Positions 29,050 through 38,947 are shown, numbered from the stretch's first letter. The stretch is 48,999 bases of DNA from an uncultured Anaerolineaceae bacterium (GCA_964500655.1 CAZCPP010000001.1:1-48999); one strand, 5' to 3'. Numbers and translations are program-made. Notes: a model not told the origin generated them from the sequence alone.

Positions 29050-30492
29050 TTAACTTTTCGTCTCTGCTAATTCGATCGCGCGCAGCATTGCGCTGGCTTT
29101 ATTGACGGTCTCGTTATATTCATTCGTGGGATCAGAATCAGCAACAATGCCTGCACCCGCCTGAATACTGAAAGTATTTCCATGCCCGATCATCGTTCGG
29201 ATGGCCAGGCAAGTATCCATCGCACCATCGAAACCGAAATAACCAACCATACCTGCGTATGCTCCACGCGCATCAGGTTCTAATTCGGCAATGATTTCCA
29301 AGGCTCGAACTTTTGGCGCGCCACTCACTGTCCCAGCCGGGAAAGCCGCACGCACCAGATCGAACGCACTGAGTTCAGGCTTCAAATTTCCTTCAACGTG
29401 CGAAACGATATGCATCACATGAGAGTATTTTTCAACCGTGAAAAACTCAGAGACGTTTACCGTTCCATATTCACACACGCGCCCAAGGTCGTTCCGCCCG
29501 AGGTCCACGAGCATCACATGCTCGGCACGTTCCTTTGGATCAGCAAGCAACTCTTTTGCCAGCGCGGTATCAGCATTTGAGTCAGCTCCTCGAGGTCGCG
29601 TGCCGGCAATCGGACGGAGCGATGCGGTTTGTTCCTCTAAGCGGACGAACATCTCAGGCGAAGCCCCAACGATATAAAACGGTTCACCATCCAGATCACC
29701 GAAATCAAAGAAATACATGTAAGGCGAAGGGTTGATACGTCGCACTGCTCGGTAAACATCGAAGGGGTCAGCGGAAGTATCGCGGCTGAAACGTTGTGAG
29801 AGCACAACCTGAAACACGTCACCGGCCGCAATGTGTTCTTTGGCGTCCGATACCATCGATTTAAATTTTTCCCGCGACATGTTCGTGCGTGTGTCTGCTG
29901 TGAGGGGCTTACGCTCTTTCGTTGGCGGAAGCGGCTGTTGAATAAGGGCCTGGATTTCATCGAGCTTACGATTGGCAGTCTCGACATCCCCACCGAGTAC
30001 ATTTGCGATCAAAGACAGGCTGCGGCGGGCGTGATCGAAGGCAACAACTGTATCGGCGAGCAAATACATGCCATCTGGCACCGAAGCCGTATGCATCTGG
30101 GAAATGAGCGTTGGCTCGAAGTAACGCACACTTTCAAAGGCCAAGTATCCCACCAAACCACCGATAAATCTTGGTAGGCCAGATTGAGGTTCGGAAGTGA
30201 AGCGACTCATTTCGTCTTTCAGGAAATCGGTTACATCTCGGTTTTCGTCAAGCGTGATAACGCGTGTGGAATCGGATTCGACTATTTGAACTTCGTTTTC
30301 ACGTAAAATGTAGCGTGCTTTGGGTTTGGATCCGATAAAGGAATAACGCGCTATTCTTTCGCCTCCTTCAACTGATTCCAATAAGAAAGATGGGCCTTGC
30401 CCACTCAGTTTTAGATAGATACTAGTAGGTGTCTCGAGATCTGCCGGGATCTCGCGCACAATAGTAGGAATTGTGTTGATGTCAAGTAGCAT
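29050..30492 (-). CDS. trpE: anthranilate synthase component I
   Basis: 480-aa ORF with LLESVEGGE, GAYAGMVGYFGFDG and GAGIVADSDP. SD AAAGGAG lies upstream. Confidence 0.95.
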   Translation of the reverse strand: MLLDINTIPTIVREIPADLETPTSIYLKLSGQGPSFLLESVEGGERIARYSFIGSKPKARYILRENEVQIVESDSTRVITLDENRDVTDFLKDEMSRFTSEPQSGLPRFIGGLVGYLAFESVRYFEPTLISQMHTASVPDGMYLLADTVVAFDHARRSLSLIANVLGGDVETANRKLDEIQALIQQPLPPTKERKPLTADTRTNMSREKFKSMVSDAKEHIAAGDVFQVVLSQRFSRDTSADPFDVYRAVRRINPSPYMYFFDFGDLDGEPFYIVGASPEMFVRLEEQTASLRPIAGTRPRGADSNADTALAKELLADPKERAEHVMLVDLGRNDLGRVCEYGTVNVSEFFTVEKYSHVMHIVSHVEGNLKPELSAFDLVRAAFPAGTVSGAPKVRALEIIAELEPDARGAYAGMVGYFGFDGAMDTCLAIRTMIGHGNTFSIQAGAGIVADSDPTNEYNETVNKASAMLRAIELAETKS

Positions 30493-30533
30493 AACTGCTC
30501 CTTTGCTATTGTTTGGGCATTACAATAGCGGTG

Positions 30534-30572
30534 AATAAAATAAATCCCCTCCGTCCGTTGGGACGAGAGGGG
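30534..30572 (-). terminator. T-box terminator hairpin
   Basis: Minus-strand RNA reads CCCCUCUCGUCC-CAAC-GGACGGAGGGG followed by AUUUAUUUUAUU. Its 5' arm lies immediately 3' of the T-box sequence and can pair alternatively with it. Confidence 0.85.
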
Positions 30573-30857
30573 ACTCCCGTGGTGCCACCCAAGTTTAGGC
30601 TGCTTTCCCGCTACACGGGTCTTATAAAAAAATCCCTGTTGTGATGCAACAGGGATAAAAAGCCAGCTTCACTCTTTTCAGGTACGTCACATTTTTGTGG
30701 TTATACCCTTGCTCTGTAACGGGAGCACCCGTATTGGGCTAATCGTTGCCTTTCGCCCGCTCAACTCGGAGGTCCATTCGGCTTCTGCGCTTTTGCCTGG
30801 CTCACACCATTTTTGCCTGGCTCTCTGAAAATCGCTTTGAAGCCTACTCGTCCGCGT
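30541..30857 (-). promoter_or_regulatory. T-box riboswitch leader specific for tRNA-Trp, controlling trpEGDCFBA
   Basis: Stem I (30857..30764) has paired segments ACGCGGA/UCCGAGU, GGCUUC/GAAGCC and GCGAUUUU/AAAAGCGC. It also has an AGAGA bulge and a distal loop AAAAAUGGUGUGA. The Specifier loop GAA-UGG-A places the Trp codon UGG at 30776..30774. The F-box CCGUUA lies near 30720. The T-box sequence is AACUUGGGUGGCACCACGG (about 30577..30595). Confidence 0.88.
30626..30656 (-). other. Stem III-position hairpin followed by U7 inside the T-box leader (terminator-shaped)
   Basis: Minus-strand RNA reads AUCCCUGUUG-CAUCA-CAACAGGGAU then UUUUUU: a 10-bp perfect stem about 35 nt 5' of the T-box sequence. 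Confidence 0.6.
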
Positions 30858-30885
30858 CTACGTTTTTGGTAAGTTATTAGCCGCT

Positions 30886-30914
30886 ATTCTATGACAGATA
30901 AGAAAATGTGTCAA
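30886..30914 (-). promoter_or_regulatory. candidate sigma70-type promoter of the trp leader
   Basis: Minus strand reads TTGACA (30914..30909), 17-nt spacer, TAGAAT (30891..30886). The -35 hexamer contains the pheA TGA stop codon. Confidence 0.65.
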
Positions 30915-31723
30915 GCCTTAAATCGCAAATACGACCCAAGCACACGTAGCATGAGTGCATATTCGCCCAGTTGATCAAGTGCAATTTTTTCAGTTCCATC
31001 TTCCATAGCCCCGATGAAATCAATATAAAACAGGTATTCCCAGGGTTTCCCCACCAGCGGGCGCGACTCGATCTTGGTCAGGTCGATATCATGCAGGGCA
31101 AAGGCACTCAAAGCTTTATTGAGCGCTCCGGGTTGGTTTTTGAGAGTAACTACTATTGAGGTTTTGGCTTCACCTTCGGGTACCACTGGCTGCGAAGCGA
31201 TTTCCAGAAAGCGCGTGTAATTCTCCGGGTTATCCTCGATGCCCGTTTGAATTACTTGCATAGCGTATTTCTCAGCTGCCTGTTTCGAAGCAATGGCCGC
31301 TGTTATTCGTTCACCACTTGTTTTGAGCAGCCCGACGCTCCCGGCTGTATCGAAAACCGGTTCAGTTTTTACCCCCAACTTACGCAGAAATCTCGTGCAT
31401 TGACCCAGTGCCTGTGGGTGGCTGATAACGCGTGTGATCTCGGATCGTTCGATGCCTGGAAACCCGATCAGGCAGTGGCGCACGCGTAGAATATATTCGC
31501 CCACAATATGCATATTATGGTACAGCAATAAATCATAATTTTGATGGATGCTACCCGCGAGGGAATTTTCAATCGGGATCAATCCAGACTGACACTCCCC
31601 TGAAGCAACCGCATCAAAAACATCATCAAATGATTCCTTTGGTACCATCTCGACTACACCGAAATACGCGTAACCTGCTTCCTCGCTATAAGCGCCCGGT
31701 TCACCCTGGAAGGCGACTTTCAT
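30911..31723 (-). CDS. pheA: prephenate dehydratase with C-terminal ACT domain
   Basis: 270-aa ORF, MKVAFQGEPGAYSEEA, with TRFL and the ESRP motif (IESRPLVGKPWEYLFYIDF). Confidence 0.93.
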   Translation of the reverse strand: MKVAFQGEPGAYSEEAGYAYFGVVEMVPKESFDDVFDAVASGECQSGLIPIENSLAGSIHQNYDLLLYHNMHIVGEYILRVRHCLIGFPGIERSEITRVISHPQALGQCTRFLRKLGVKTEPVFDTAGSVGLLKTSGERITAAIASKQAAEKYAMQVIQTGIEDNPENYTRFLEIASQPVVPEGEAKTSIVVTLKNQPGALNKALSAFALHDIDLTKIESRPLVGKPWEYLFYIDFIGAMEDGTEKIALDQLGEYALMLRVLGSYLRFKA

Positions 31724-31725
31724 CT

Positions 31726-32940
31726 TTAGTTCCCAACCTGATTATTTGCCCAATCTAAAATCGCACGCATTCCCGCTTCCACATCCGCGTCGGAGGCAGC
31801 GATCGTCAAACGGACAAAACCTTCTCCCTGCGTTCCGAATGCCGACCCGGGGACAAGCCCTACACTTGCCTCATCCAATATTCGCTTGCAGATCTCTATA
31901 GAAGGTAAATCAAATGAGCGGAAATCGAGAAAGAAATAAAAAGCGCCTTGCGGCGATGTCACATGAATGGGTACATTTTCGTATTCACCAACAACACTCA
32001 TTACGATCTCACGGCGGCGGGCGTAAGCAGCGCGCATCTCCGCTGCGGTGGCCTGCACATTTTCATCACTCAAGGCAAAGGCGGCCGCTTTTTGTATGAA
32101 AGGGGCCACACAAGTGATGGAATTTTGCCCGGCCTTCAAGGCATTTTTGATCACCGGCTTTGGTGCAGCCAGGTAGCCAACTCGCCAACCCGTCATTGCA
32201 TAGGTTTTGGACAAGCTGTTGACTAGAATCGTTCTGTCTTTTGCGCCAAGCAATTCGCCAGCCGAAGTTGGTTTTTCACCATAAAACAAATTCCCATAAA
32301 CCTCATCACTGATCACCCACAGGTTATGTTCAGCTGCAAAATCTTGCAACTGCTGGAAGTATTCTCTTGAGGGGTACGCGCCGGTAGGGTTGGAGGGGTA
32401 ATTGAGCACGATGGCGCGGGTTTTGGGTGTCAGCGCGTCATCCCAGGCTTCTACCGGTGGAATGAAGCCATTTTCTGGGGCTGCAGGTATGCGATTCACG
32501 TTGCCCCGTAACATAACAACTATATTAGCATGCGTCGCCCAGGATGGGTAAGGGATGAGTACTTCGTCTCCGGGACTCAAAATGGACTGCATGGCAAGAT
32601 AATAAGCATGCACACCGCCATGTGTCACCAAAATCTCGGATTCAGGATCGTAACTCAAATCATTATCGCACTTCAGTCTAGTGGCGGCAGCAGATCGAAG
32701 GTCCAATAAGCCGCGGCTGGGGCCATAATGAGTTAATCCATCTTGCATGGCTTTGAAAGCCGCCTCGAGCACGGGCGGCGGAGTCGCAAAGTCTGGGTCC
32801 CCCACATGCAATGGAATGATTTGGCGTCCGTTGGTTTTAAGCGCCAGAACACGATCCGCCATTGCAACTGTGGGCGATTGACGGATTTGATCAAATTGCT
32901 GGTTCAGTTCCATTGCGTCCGCGAGGATACCATGAAACAA
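31726..32940 (-). CDS. class I pyridoxal-phosphate aminotransferase (aspartate/aromatic/prephenate type)
   Basis: 404-aa ORF with GDPDF, NYPSNPTG and the PLP-lysine motif SLSKTYAMTGWRVGY. The start is uncertain, either TTG 32940 or ATG 32913. Confidence 0.88.
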   Translation of the reverse strand: MFHGILADAMELNQQFDQIRQSPTVAMADRVLALKTNGRQIIPLHVGDPDFATPPPVLEAAFKAMQDGLTHYGPSRGLLDLRSAAATRLKCDNDLSYDPESEILVTHGGVHAYYLAMQSILSPGDEVLIPYPSWATHANIVVMLRGNVNRIPAAPENGFIPPVEAWDDALTPKTRAIVLNYPSNPTGAYPSREYFQQLQDFAAEHNLWVISDEVYGNLFYGEKPTSAGELLGAKDRTILVNSLSKTYAMTGWRVGYLAAPKPVIKNALKAGQNSITCVAPFIQKAAAFALSDENVQATAAEMRAAYARRREIVMSVVGEYENVPIHVTSPQGAFYFFLDFRSFDLPSIEICKRILDEASVGLVPGSAFGTQGEGFVRLTIAASDADVEAGMRAILDWANNQVGN

Positions 32941-32975
32941 ATAGCCCTATTTCTTGCCAAGCTCGAAACGTATTT

Positions 32976-33947
32976 TTAATTCACAGAACCGGATATAGGT
33001 TGGGACAAATCGACCGACATCTGTGTGATGTTTACATAATCCAACCAACTTTCGTACTGTGGGTATTTACCATGGATGACAGCATCGAAAGCTTCTTGTA
33101 GCGAGAGAGAGATAGGCCCGGTCTTGCCAGAACTAATCTTGCGAAAGTCTATTTCACTCAACGCAATAATTTCCGCAGCGGTACCACACACAAAAACTTC
33201 ATCGGAGGTATAGAGCATATCTCTAGTTATTGGTTGTTCGAGAACGTCATACCCACGGTCACGAGCAAGTGTGATCAAGGAATTGCGGGTAATGCCCTCC
33301 AAAATAGTGGCAACTGGCGGTGTGTAAATTTTTCCACCCCTTACCAAGAATATATTTTCGCCGGTACATTCTGCTACGTATCCTTGCGGGTCAAGCATGA
33401 TCGCTTCTTCGAAACCTAGCTTAGTTGATTCGGTCTTAGCCAGAGTACTATTAACATAATTTCCGGCGGCTTTTGATTTAGTCATCATAACGTTTACGTG
33501 ATGGCGAGTAAATGAAGATACGTTGGCACGAATACCGTTGCGTCTAGCTTCCTCGCCCAGATAATTCCCCCATTCCCAAACCGCAATACCCAACCCCGAT
33601 TTTGCGCCGATGAAATTCAACCCCATACCTCCTTCAGTCAGATAAACCAAAGGACGGATGTAACATTCAGAAAAACCATTGGCTTTCACAGTCTGCCGGA
33701 TAGCATCAATTACCTGCTCCAGTGTGTAAGGGAGTTCCGGCATATCCAATACACGCGTCGATTCTAACAAGCGTTGGGCATGTTCTTTCAATCGAAAGAC
33801 AGCCGGACCCTTGGGTGTGTCATAACAACGTATTCCCTCAAACACACCCAGGCCATAATGCATAGTGGAAGTCAAAAAATGCACAGTAGCCTTTTCAAAT
33901 TCCACCAGTTCACCATTCATCCAAATATATTTTGATTCCAATGTCAT
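32976..33947 (-). CDS. ilvE: branched-chain amino acid aminotransferase
   Basis: 323-aa ORF of fold-type IV (HYGLGVFEGIRCY, EGITR, GTAAEI). Confidence 0.92.
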   Translation of the reverse strand: MTLESKYIWMNGELVEFEKATVHFLTSTMHYGLGVFEGIRCYDTPKGPAVFRLKEHAQRLLESTRVLDMPELPYTLEQVIDAIRQTVKANGFSECYIRPLVYLTEGGMGLNFIGAKSGLGIAVWEWGNYLGEEARRNGIRANVSSFTRHHVNVMMTKSKAAGNYVNSTLAKTESTKLGFEEAIMLDPQGYVAECTGENIFLVRGGKIYTPPVATILEGITRNSLITLARDRGYDVLEQPITRDMLYTSDEVFVCGTAAEIIALSEIDFRKISSGKTGPISLSLQEAFDAVIHGKYPQYESWLDYVNITQMSVDLSQPISGSVN

Positions 33948-33968
33948 GATAATTTCTCCTTTTCAAAA

Positions 33969-35027
33969 TTACAGAAGCGCGATGATTTCATCTGCCATCT
34001 GTTTAGCACTTAATTTTCCGCCTACATCGACTGTGCGGGCACCATTTGTGATGGCCTCGTCGACAGCTTTTTCAATTGACACTGCTTCAGCTTCCAATTC
34101 CAGCGAGTGTCGCAATAACAATGCAACTGAAAGGATCGTACCAACCGGATTTGCAATCCCCAGACCGGCTATATCCGGGGCGGAACCATGGATCGGTTCA
34201 TACAACCCCAGACTTGATTCCCCTAAACTGGCCGAGGGCAACATCCCCATCGATCCCGCCAACACCGATGCTTCGTCGGTCAGGATATCACCGAACATAT
34301 TTTCGGTGACGACTACATCCATCCATGCCGGACTGGTGATCAGTCGCATCGAAGCCGTGTCCACCAACATATGTTCCAACTCTACATCTGGGTTCTCAGT
34401 GCCAACTTCATTTGCGATCTGTCTCCAAAGGCGAGAGGATTCGAGCACATTGGCTTTATCTACTGAAGTGACTTTGCCTTTGCGCCCCTTTGCCAATTTG
34501 AATGCCAATTCCAACACCCGCCTGACTTCGTAATCGTAATATTCGAGCGTGTCTACCACACGTTCGCGACCATCTTTCACATCGCGGCCTTTAGGCCAGC
34601 CAAAGTACAGGCCGCCCGTCAGTTCGCGGACAACCATAATGTCTACGTCTTCGAGCTTCTCCGCCTTGAGCGGTGACCACTCAATTAGAGCCGGATGCAC
34701 TTTGATCGGGCGTAAATTGGCAAACACGCCCAATCCCTTACGGAGGGCTAACAACCCGCGCTCAGGACGATCTTGGGCGTTGGGATCGTCCCACTTCGGA
34801 CCACCTACCGCGCCCAGCAATATTGCATCTGCAGCCTGACAATCAGCCAAGGTTTCATCAGTCAGCGAGGAGCCGTGTTCATCAATTGAGCGACCGCCCA
34901 TCAGTCGCTCAGTAAAGTTAAAGGAATGTCCGTGTTTGCTAGCAACAGTTTCCAAGACTCGGACAGCTTCGGTCACGATTTCGGGGCCGATGCCGTCACC
35001 AGAGAGTAAAACGATGTTTGCTTTCAT
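33969..35027 (-). CDS. leuB: 3-isopropylmalate dehydrogenase
   Basis: 352-aa ORF with [20 protein letters not shown] and HGSAPDIAG. Confidence 0.94.
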   Translation of the reverse strand: MKANIVLLSGDGIGPEIVTEAVRVLETVASKHGHSFNFTERLMGGRSIDEHGSSLTDETLADCQAADAILLGAVGGPKWDDPNAQDRPERGLLALRKGLGVFANLRPIKVHPALIEWSPLKAEKLEDVDIMVVRELTGGLYFGWPKGRDVKDGRERVVDTLEYYDYEVRRVLELAFKLAKGRKGKVTSVDKANVLESSRLWRQIANEVGTENPDVELEHMLVDTASMRLITSPAWMDVVVTENMFGDILTDEASVLAGSMGMLPSASLGESSLGLYEPIHGSAPDIAGLGIANPVGTILSVALLLRHSLELEAEAVSIEKAVDEAITNGARTVDVGGKLSAKQMADEIIALL

Positions 35028-35049
35028 AAAATCTCCGCTTGCCCCTCTC

Positions 35050-36609
35050 CTAATGAGCTACGATCAACCCGTATTCAACTGAATCGGCTAAAGCCTGCCA
35101 ACTAGCTTCAATGATATTGGCACTGGCACCAACGGTACTCCAGCGCTTGCTGCCGTTGTGCGTATCGATCAATACGCGCGTGGTAGAGCGAGTACCGTTT
35201 TCACCATCCAAAATTCGAACTTTATAATCCGCCAAATGAAAGGAAGCCAGCTCGGGGAAAATGGGTTGAAGCGCTTTCCGTAAAGCAAGGTCCAAGGCGT
35301 TGACCGGGCCATTTCCTTCTGCAGCTGTGTGCAAGATCTCCCCATTCACTCGAATCTTGACCATGGCCTCTGCGAAAGTACCGCGCCCATCACGATGTTC
35401 TACATTGACAAAAAAATCCACTAACTCAAACGGGGGATTATATTCAGCCTGTTGGCGTTTGAGCATCATCGCCACTGAAGCCTCTGCGGCTTCAAAGGCA
35501 AAACCCTGTGCTTCAAGCTCTTTCACCTCGCCTAGTACTTCAACGACATCCGCCGTATTTTCAACTTCTACGCCGTGCTCTTCAGCCTTGCTCAGTATGT
35601 TGCCACGCCCCGAAAGATCGGAAACGACCACACGCATCTTGTTACCAACCTGTTCCGGCTCGATGTGCTGATAAGACTGGACCGAGCGCCGCATGGCCGC
35701 CACATGCACACCTCCTTTATGCGCAAAAGCAGACTTGCCAACGAAGGGCAAATGCTCGTCAGGCGTGAGGTTGGCAACCTCGGCCACAAAATGTGACAGG
35801 TCGAACAGGCGCGTAAGGTTGCCTTTAGGTAAGCAACTTTTAGCCATTTTTAGTTCGAGATCGGGAATGATCGAGCACAAATTGACGTTGCCACAGCGTT
35901 CGCCAATGCCATTGATTGTGCCCTGCACCTGAAGCGCTCCTTCGCGAACTGCGACTAAGGAGTTGGCGACAGCGCATCCGGAGTCGTTATGGGTGTGGAT
36001 TCCGAAGGGCTGTGCGATAGCAGGCTTGATATCCCGGAGGATGCCTTCCAGCTCCCAGGGCATGGTTCCGCCATTAGTATCGCATAACACAACCGTTTCA
36101 GCGCCTCCACGGATTGCAGCTTGGAGCGTTTCCAGTGCATAGGACGGGTCGGCTTTGTATCCATCGAAGAAATGTTCAGCATCGTAAATCACACGACGCC
36201 CCTGTTCGCGTAGATAAGCGACCGATTGCTCAATAATGCGTAAATTGTCTTCAAGCGTGGTCTGCAACACATCGGTGACATGCAAAATCCAGGTTTTGCC
36301 AAAGACCGTGCAAACAGGTGTGTGTGAATCAATCAGCGCCCTGATGTTGGCGTCGTCTTCAGGGATACCCTTGACCCGGCAAGTAGAGCCAAATGCCGTC
36401 ACAAGCGAGTGCTGCCAATCCATATCGCGGGCGCGCTCGAAGAACTCAACATCCTTGGGGTTCGAGCCAGGCCAGCCGCCTTCGATGAAGGCCACGCCGA
36501 TCCTATCCAGCTGCTTGGCAATGCGTAGTTTATCGTCTCCCGAAAGCGTAAAGCCTTCGGATTGTGTACCGTCTCGCAAGGTGGTGTCATAGATTTGGAT
36601 ACGGGTCAT
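35050..36609 (-). CDS. cimA: (R)-citramalate synthase (LeuA-related, CimA type)
   Basis: 519-aa [17 protein letters not shown] and [16 protein letters not shown] are typical of the citramalate synthase clade as I remember it. It is distinct from the canonical leuA in the same operon. Confidence 0.8.
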   Translation of the reverse strand: MTRIQIYDTTLRDGTQSEGFTLSGDDKLRIAKQLDRIGVAFIEGGWPGSNPKDVEFFERARDMDWQHSLVTAFGSTCRVKGIPEDDANIRALIDSHTPVCTVFGKTWILHVTDVLQTTLEDNLRIIEQSVAYLREQGRRVIYDAEHFFDGYKADPSYALETLQAAIRGGAETVVLCDTNGGTMPWELEGILRDIKPAIAQPFGIHTHNDSGCAVANSLVAVREGALQVQGTINGIGERCGNVNLCSIIPDLELKMAKSCLPKGNLTRLFDLSHFVAEVANLTPDEHLPFVGKSAFAHKGGVHVAAMRRSVQSYQHIEPEQVGNKMRVVVSDLSGRGNILSKAEEHGVEVENTADVVEVLGEVKELEAQGFAFEAAEASVAMMLKRQQAEYNPPFELVDFFVNVEHRDGRGTFAEAMVKIRVNGEILHTAAEGNGPVNALDLALRKALQPIFPELASFHLADYKVRILDGENGTRSTTRVLIDTHNGSKRWSTVGASANIIEASWQALADSVEYGLIVAH

Positions 36610-36623
36610 AAAAATTTCCTTAT

Positions 36624-36664
36624 GTCATTGTGAGGCGGTGTTCTTTCGCCATGGCAATCTCATG
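36624..36664. repeat. short structured intergenic repeat (family B unit)
   Basis: GTCATTGTGAGGCGGTGTTCTTTCGCCATGGCAATCTCATG, with an internal GGCG/CGCC and ATTG/CAAT hairpin. It lies between leuD and cimA. Confidence 0.45.
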
Positions 36665-36685
36665 AAATTTGAGAACTTATTGTTC

Positions 36686-37273
36686 TTAGCCAATTTTGGC
36701 CTCATACTCTGCAATTTCTTTCTCAAAACCCAGAATGTACCCAAGTTCATCTACGCCATATAATAGGCAGGACTTGGAAAAAGGATCAATCGGGAAGGAA
36801 ACCGAGCTTTCGTCTGGCAGCACCACGGACTGCTTTTCCAGGTCAATCTTTATCTTGGCTGTATGAGTTTCTTCGACCAAATCGAAAAGCGACTGGTGCG
36901 TCTCAGCATCCACAATGATTGGCAACAGGCCATTCTTGAGCGCATTGTTGCGGAAGATATCTGCAAAGGAGGTGCTGATGACAGCACGAAAGCCGTAGCC
37001 GGTCAGCGCCCAGGGGGCATGCTCGCGGCTCGAACCACACCCGAAGTTGTCTCCAGCTAACAGGATTTGGGTGCCCTGATATTTTGGATCGTTAACCACG
37101 AAGTCGGGCTTGGGTGTGCCATCCGGTGTATAGCGCCAATCGGCGAACAAGGCATCGCCCATTCCTTGTTTGTCGGTGGCTTTCAAATATCGCGCTGGGA
37201 TGATTTGATCCGTGTCCACATTTTCAACAGGCAGGGGCAACATACGGGAGGTCAGTGTTGTAAATTCAGCCAT
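36686..37273 (-). CDS. leuD: 3-isopropylmalate dehydratase small subunit
   Basis: 195-aa ORF with NVDTDQIIPARYL and GDNFGCGSSREHAPWAL. Confidence 0.94.
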   Translation of the reverse strand: MAEFTTLTSRMLPLPVENVDTDQIIPARYLKATDKQGMGDALFADWRYTPDGTPKPDFVVNDPKYQGTQILLAGDNFGCGSSREHAPWALTGYGFRAVISTSFADIFRNNALKNGLLPIIVDAETHQSLFDLVEETHTAKIKIDLEKQSVVLPDESSVSFPIDPFSKSCLLYGVDELGYILGFEKEIAEYEAKIG

Positions 37274-37287
37274 AAGTTATTCTCAAA

Positions 37288-38686
37288 TTAAAGTAATATA
37301 CGCGGGTCTGATACAGAACCGGTGACGGCGGTTGCCGCTGCTGTAAGAGGGGAGGCTAGAAATGTACGCCCTCCCTTACCCTGACGGCCTTCGAAATTGC
37401 GGTTGCTGGTGCTGAGGGCATATTGCCCGGGCTCGAGTTGGTCACCGTTCATCGCTAGGCACATCGAGCAGCCTGCTTCACGCCAGTCAGCGCCCGCTTC
37501 TTTGAAGACCTTATCAAGGCCTTCGGCTTCGGCTTGCTCCTTGATCTGTTGTGATCCAGGTACCACCATGACTCGCAAGTTATTAGCAACTTTGCGCCCC
37601 TTGAGTAGCGAAGCAGCCTGACGCAAATCCGAAATGCGCGAGTTAGTGCAACTACCGATGAAAACCACGTCTACTTTTTTACCTAGCAACTGTTGCCCGG
37701 GTTGCAAGTCCATGTAAGCCAGTGATTTCTCAAACGCAGCTTTTTGCGATGGGTCTCCATACGAAGTGGGATCAGGAATGCGACTGGTAATTTTCATTCC
37801 CATGCCAGGATTGGTGCCATAGGTGATCATCGGCTCCAACACCGAGGCATCCAGCGTGACGGATTTATCATAAGTCGCACCCTCATCGCCAGGCAGGGAT
37901 TCCCAGAACGCGTGAGATTTATCCCAATCGGCTTCTCGGGGTGCAAACTCACGCCCAGCAAGATATTCGAAGGTGGTTTCATCAGGAGCGATCATGCCTG
38001 CCCTCGCGCCTCCTTCAATGGACATGTTGCAAACCGTCATGCGCTCTTCCATCGAGAGTGAAAGGATCGCTTCGCCAGTGTATTCGAAGACGTGCTCAGT
38101 TCCGCCGCCAACACCAATCTTGGCGATCAATGCCAGGATGACGTCTTTGGCAGTAACGCCTTCCCCAAGTTGCCCGTCCACACGAACTTCATAAGTTTTG
38201 GGCTTATGCTGTAGCAGGCATTGCGTTGCTAGCACATGTTCAACTTCTGATGTGCCAATGCCAAAGGCCAATGCTCCAAACGCGCCATGGGTGGCGGTGT
38301 GGCTATCGCCGCAAACGATGGTCATGCCGGGCTGAGTCAGTCCCAACTCTGGGCCTATGACGTGAACTATGCCACGCTTGGGACTATCGAGCCCAAAGAG
38401 CGAGACATCAAACTCAGTAGCATTGACTTCCATCTGATGGATTTGGGCTGCAGCGACAGGGTCCGCAATCGGTAAGGAGGGGTCATGTGTGGGCGTAGAA
38501 TGGTCCATGGTGGCAAATGTCTTTTCGGGGCGACGAACTTTCAGCCCGCGCTGACGCAGGCCTGTGAAAGCTTGTGGCGATGTCCTCATGGATGAGGTGC
38601 AGGTCAATGTAGAGGACGGCCGGGGAATCAGATTGTTGTGCCACAACGTGTGAGTCCCAGGCTTTTTCGAAGAGCGTCTTTGGCAT
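37288..38686 (-). pseudogene. leuC: 3-isopropylmalate dehydratase large subunit, reading frame broken near 38582..38584
   Basis: The N terminus [15 protein letters not shown]...[10 protein letters not shown] is in one frame (track ORF 38483..38767). The continuation [28 protein letters not shown] is in another frame (track ORF 37288..38646). The total span of 1399 nt is not divisible by 3. Confidence 0.85.
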
Positions 38687-38729
38687 AATGTTTTTCGAAT
38701 TGCGAAGAAAACCTTTTTCCTTGCGTTCT

Positions 38730-38921
38730 TTACGGTAGGAAATTTGTGTAGAAAGCTGTACCGGCATATTCGTCAGTTATTGATGCGGCAGCCCTCTCAG
38801 GTTCAGGCTCCGTATTGAGTCCGCTGAGATCCCAACCAGAGGGCATAGTAACAGGTTCGGGAAATGGATCGAAGATCGGAGTTCGAGCAGCGTCTTTATT
38901 ATCATCTGGGGTTGTAAACAT
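38730..38921 (-). CDS. hypothetical acidic proline-rich 63-aa protein
   Basis: The ATG at 38921 is preceded by the strongest SD I noticed in the operon (AAAGGAGAAATCACC-ATG), 26 nt after the leuA stop. Translation: [64 protein letters not shown] do not recognise a family. Confidence 0.5.
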   Translation of the reverse strand: MFTTPDDNKDAARTPIFDPFPEPVTMPSGWDLSGLNTEPEPERAAASITDEYAGTAFYTNFLP

Positions 38922-38947
38922 GGTGATTTCTCCTTTTGGGGAATTAA

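Noticed and set aside
30660-30770. TRAP-type (G/U)AG triplet array as an alternative trp attenuation mechanism
   Set aside because: Only scattered GAG triplets occur (GAGUUGAG, AGAGC, AGAGUG). There is no series of 9-11 triplets with 2-3-nt spacers. The region fits T-box Stem II and the F-box instead.
30791-30823. Direct repeat TTTTGCCTGGCTC x2, considered as a tandem repeat, CRISPR-like unit or operator
   Set aside because: On the minus strand, GCCAGGC is nearly self-complementary. The two copies form the distal helix of T-box Stem I around the UGGUGUGA loop, so they are explained by the riboswitch.
33865-34533. 222-aa plus-strand ORF
   Set aside because: It is antisense to leuB and ilvE and Ser/Thr/Ala-rich low complexity. 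It is a shadow of a well-supported gene.
38483-38767. 94-aa ORF as an independent gene
   Set aside because: Residues 28-61 are the genuine LeuC N terminus ([15 protein letters not shown]...[10 protein letters not shown]). The remainder is out-of-frame read-through after the frameshift, so it was merged into the leuC pseudogene call.
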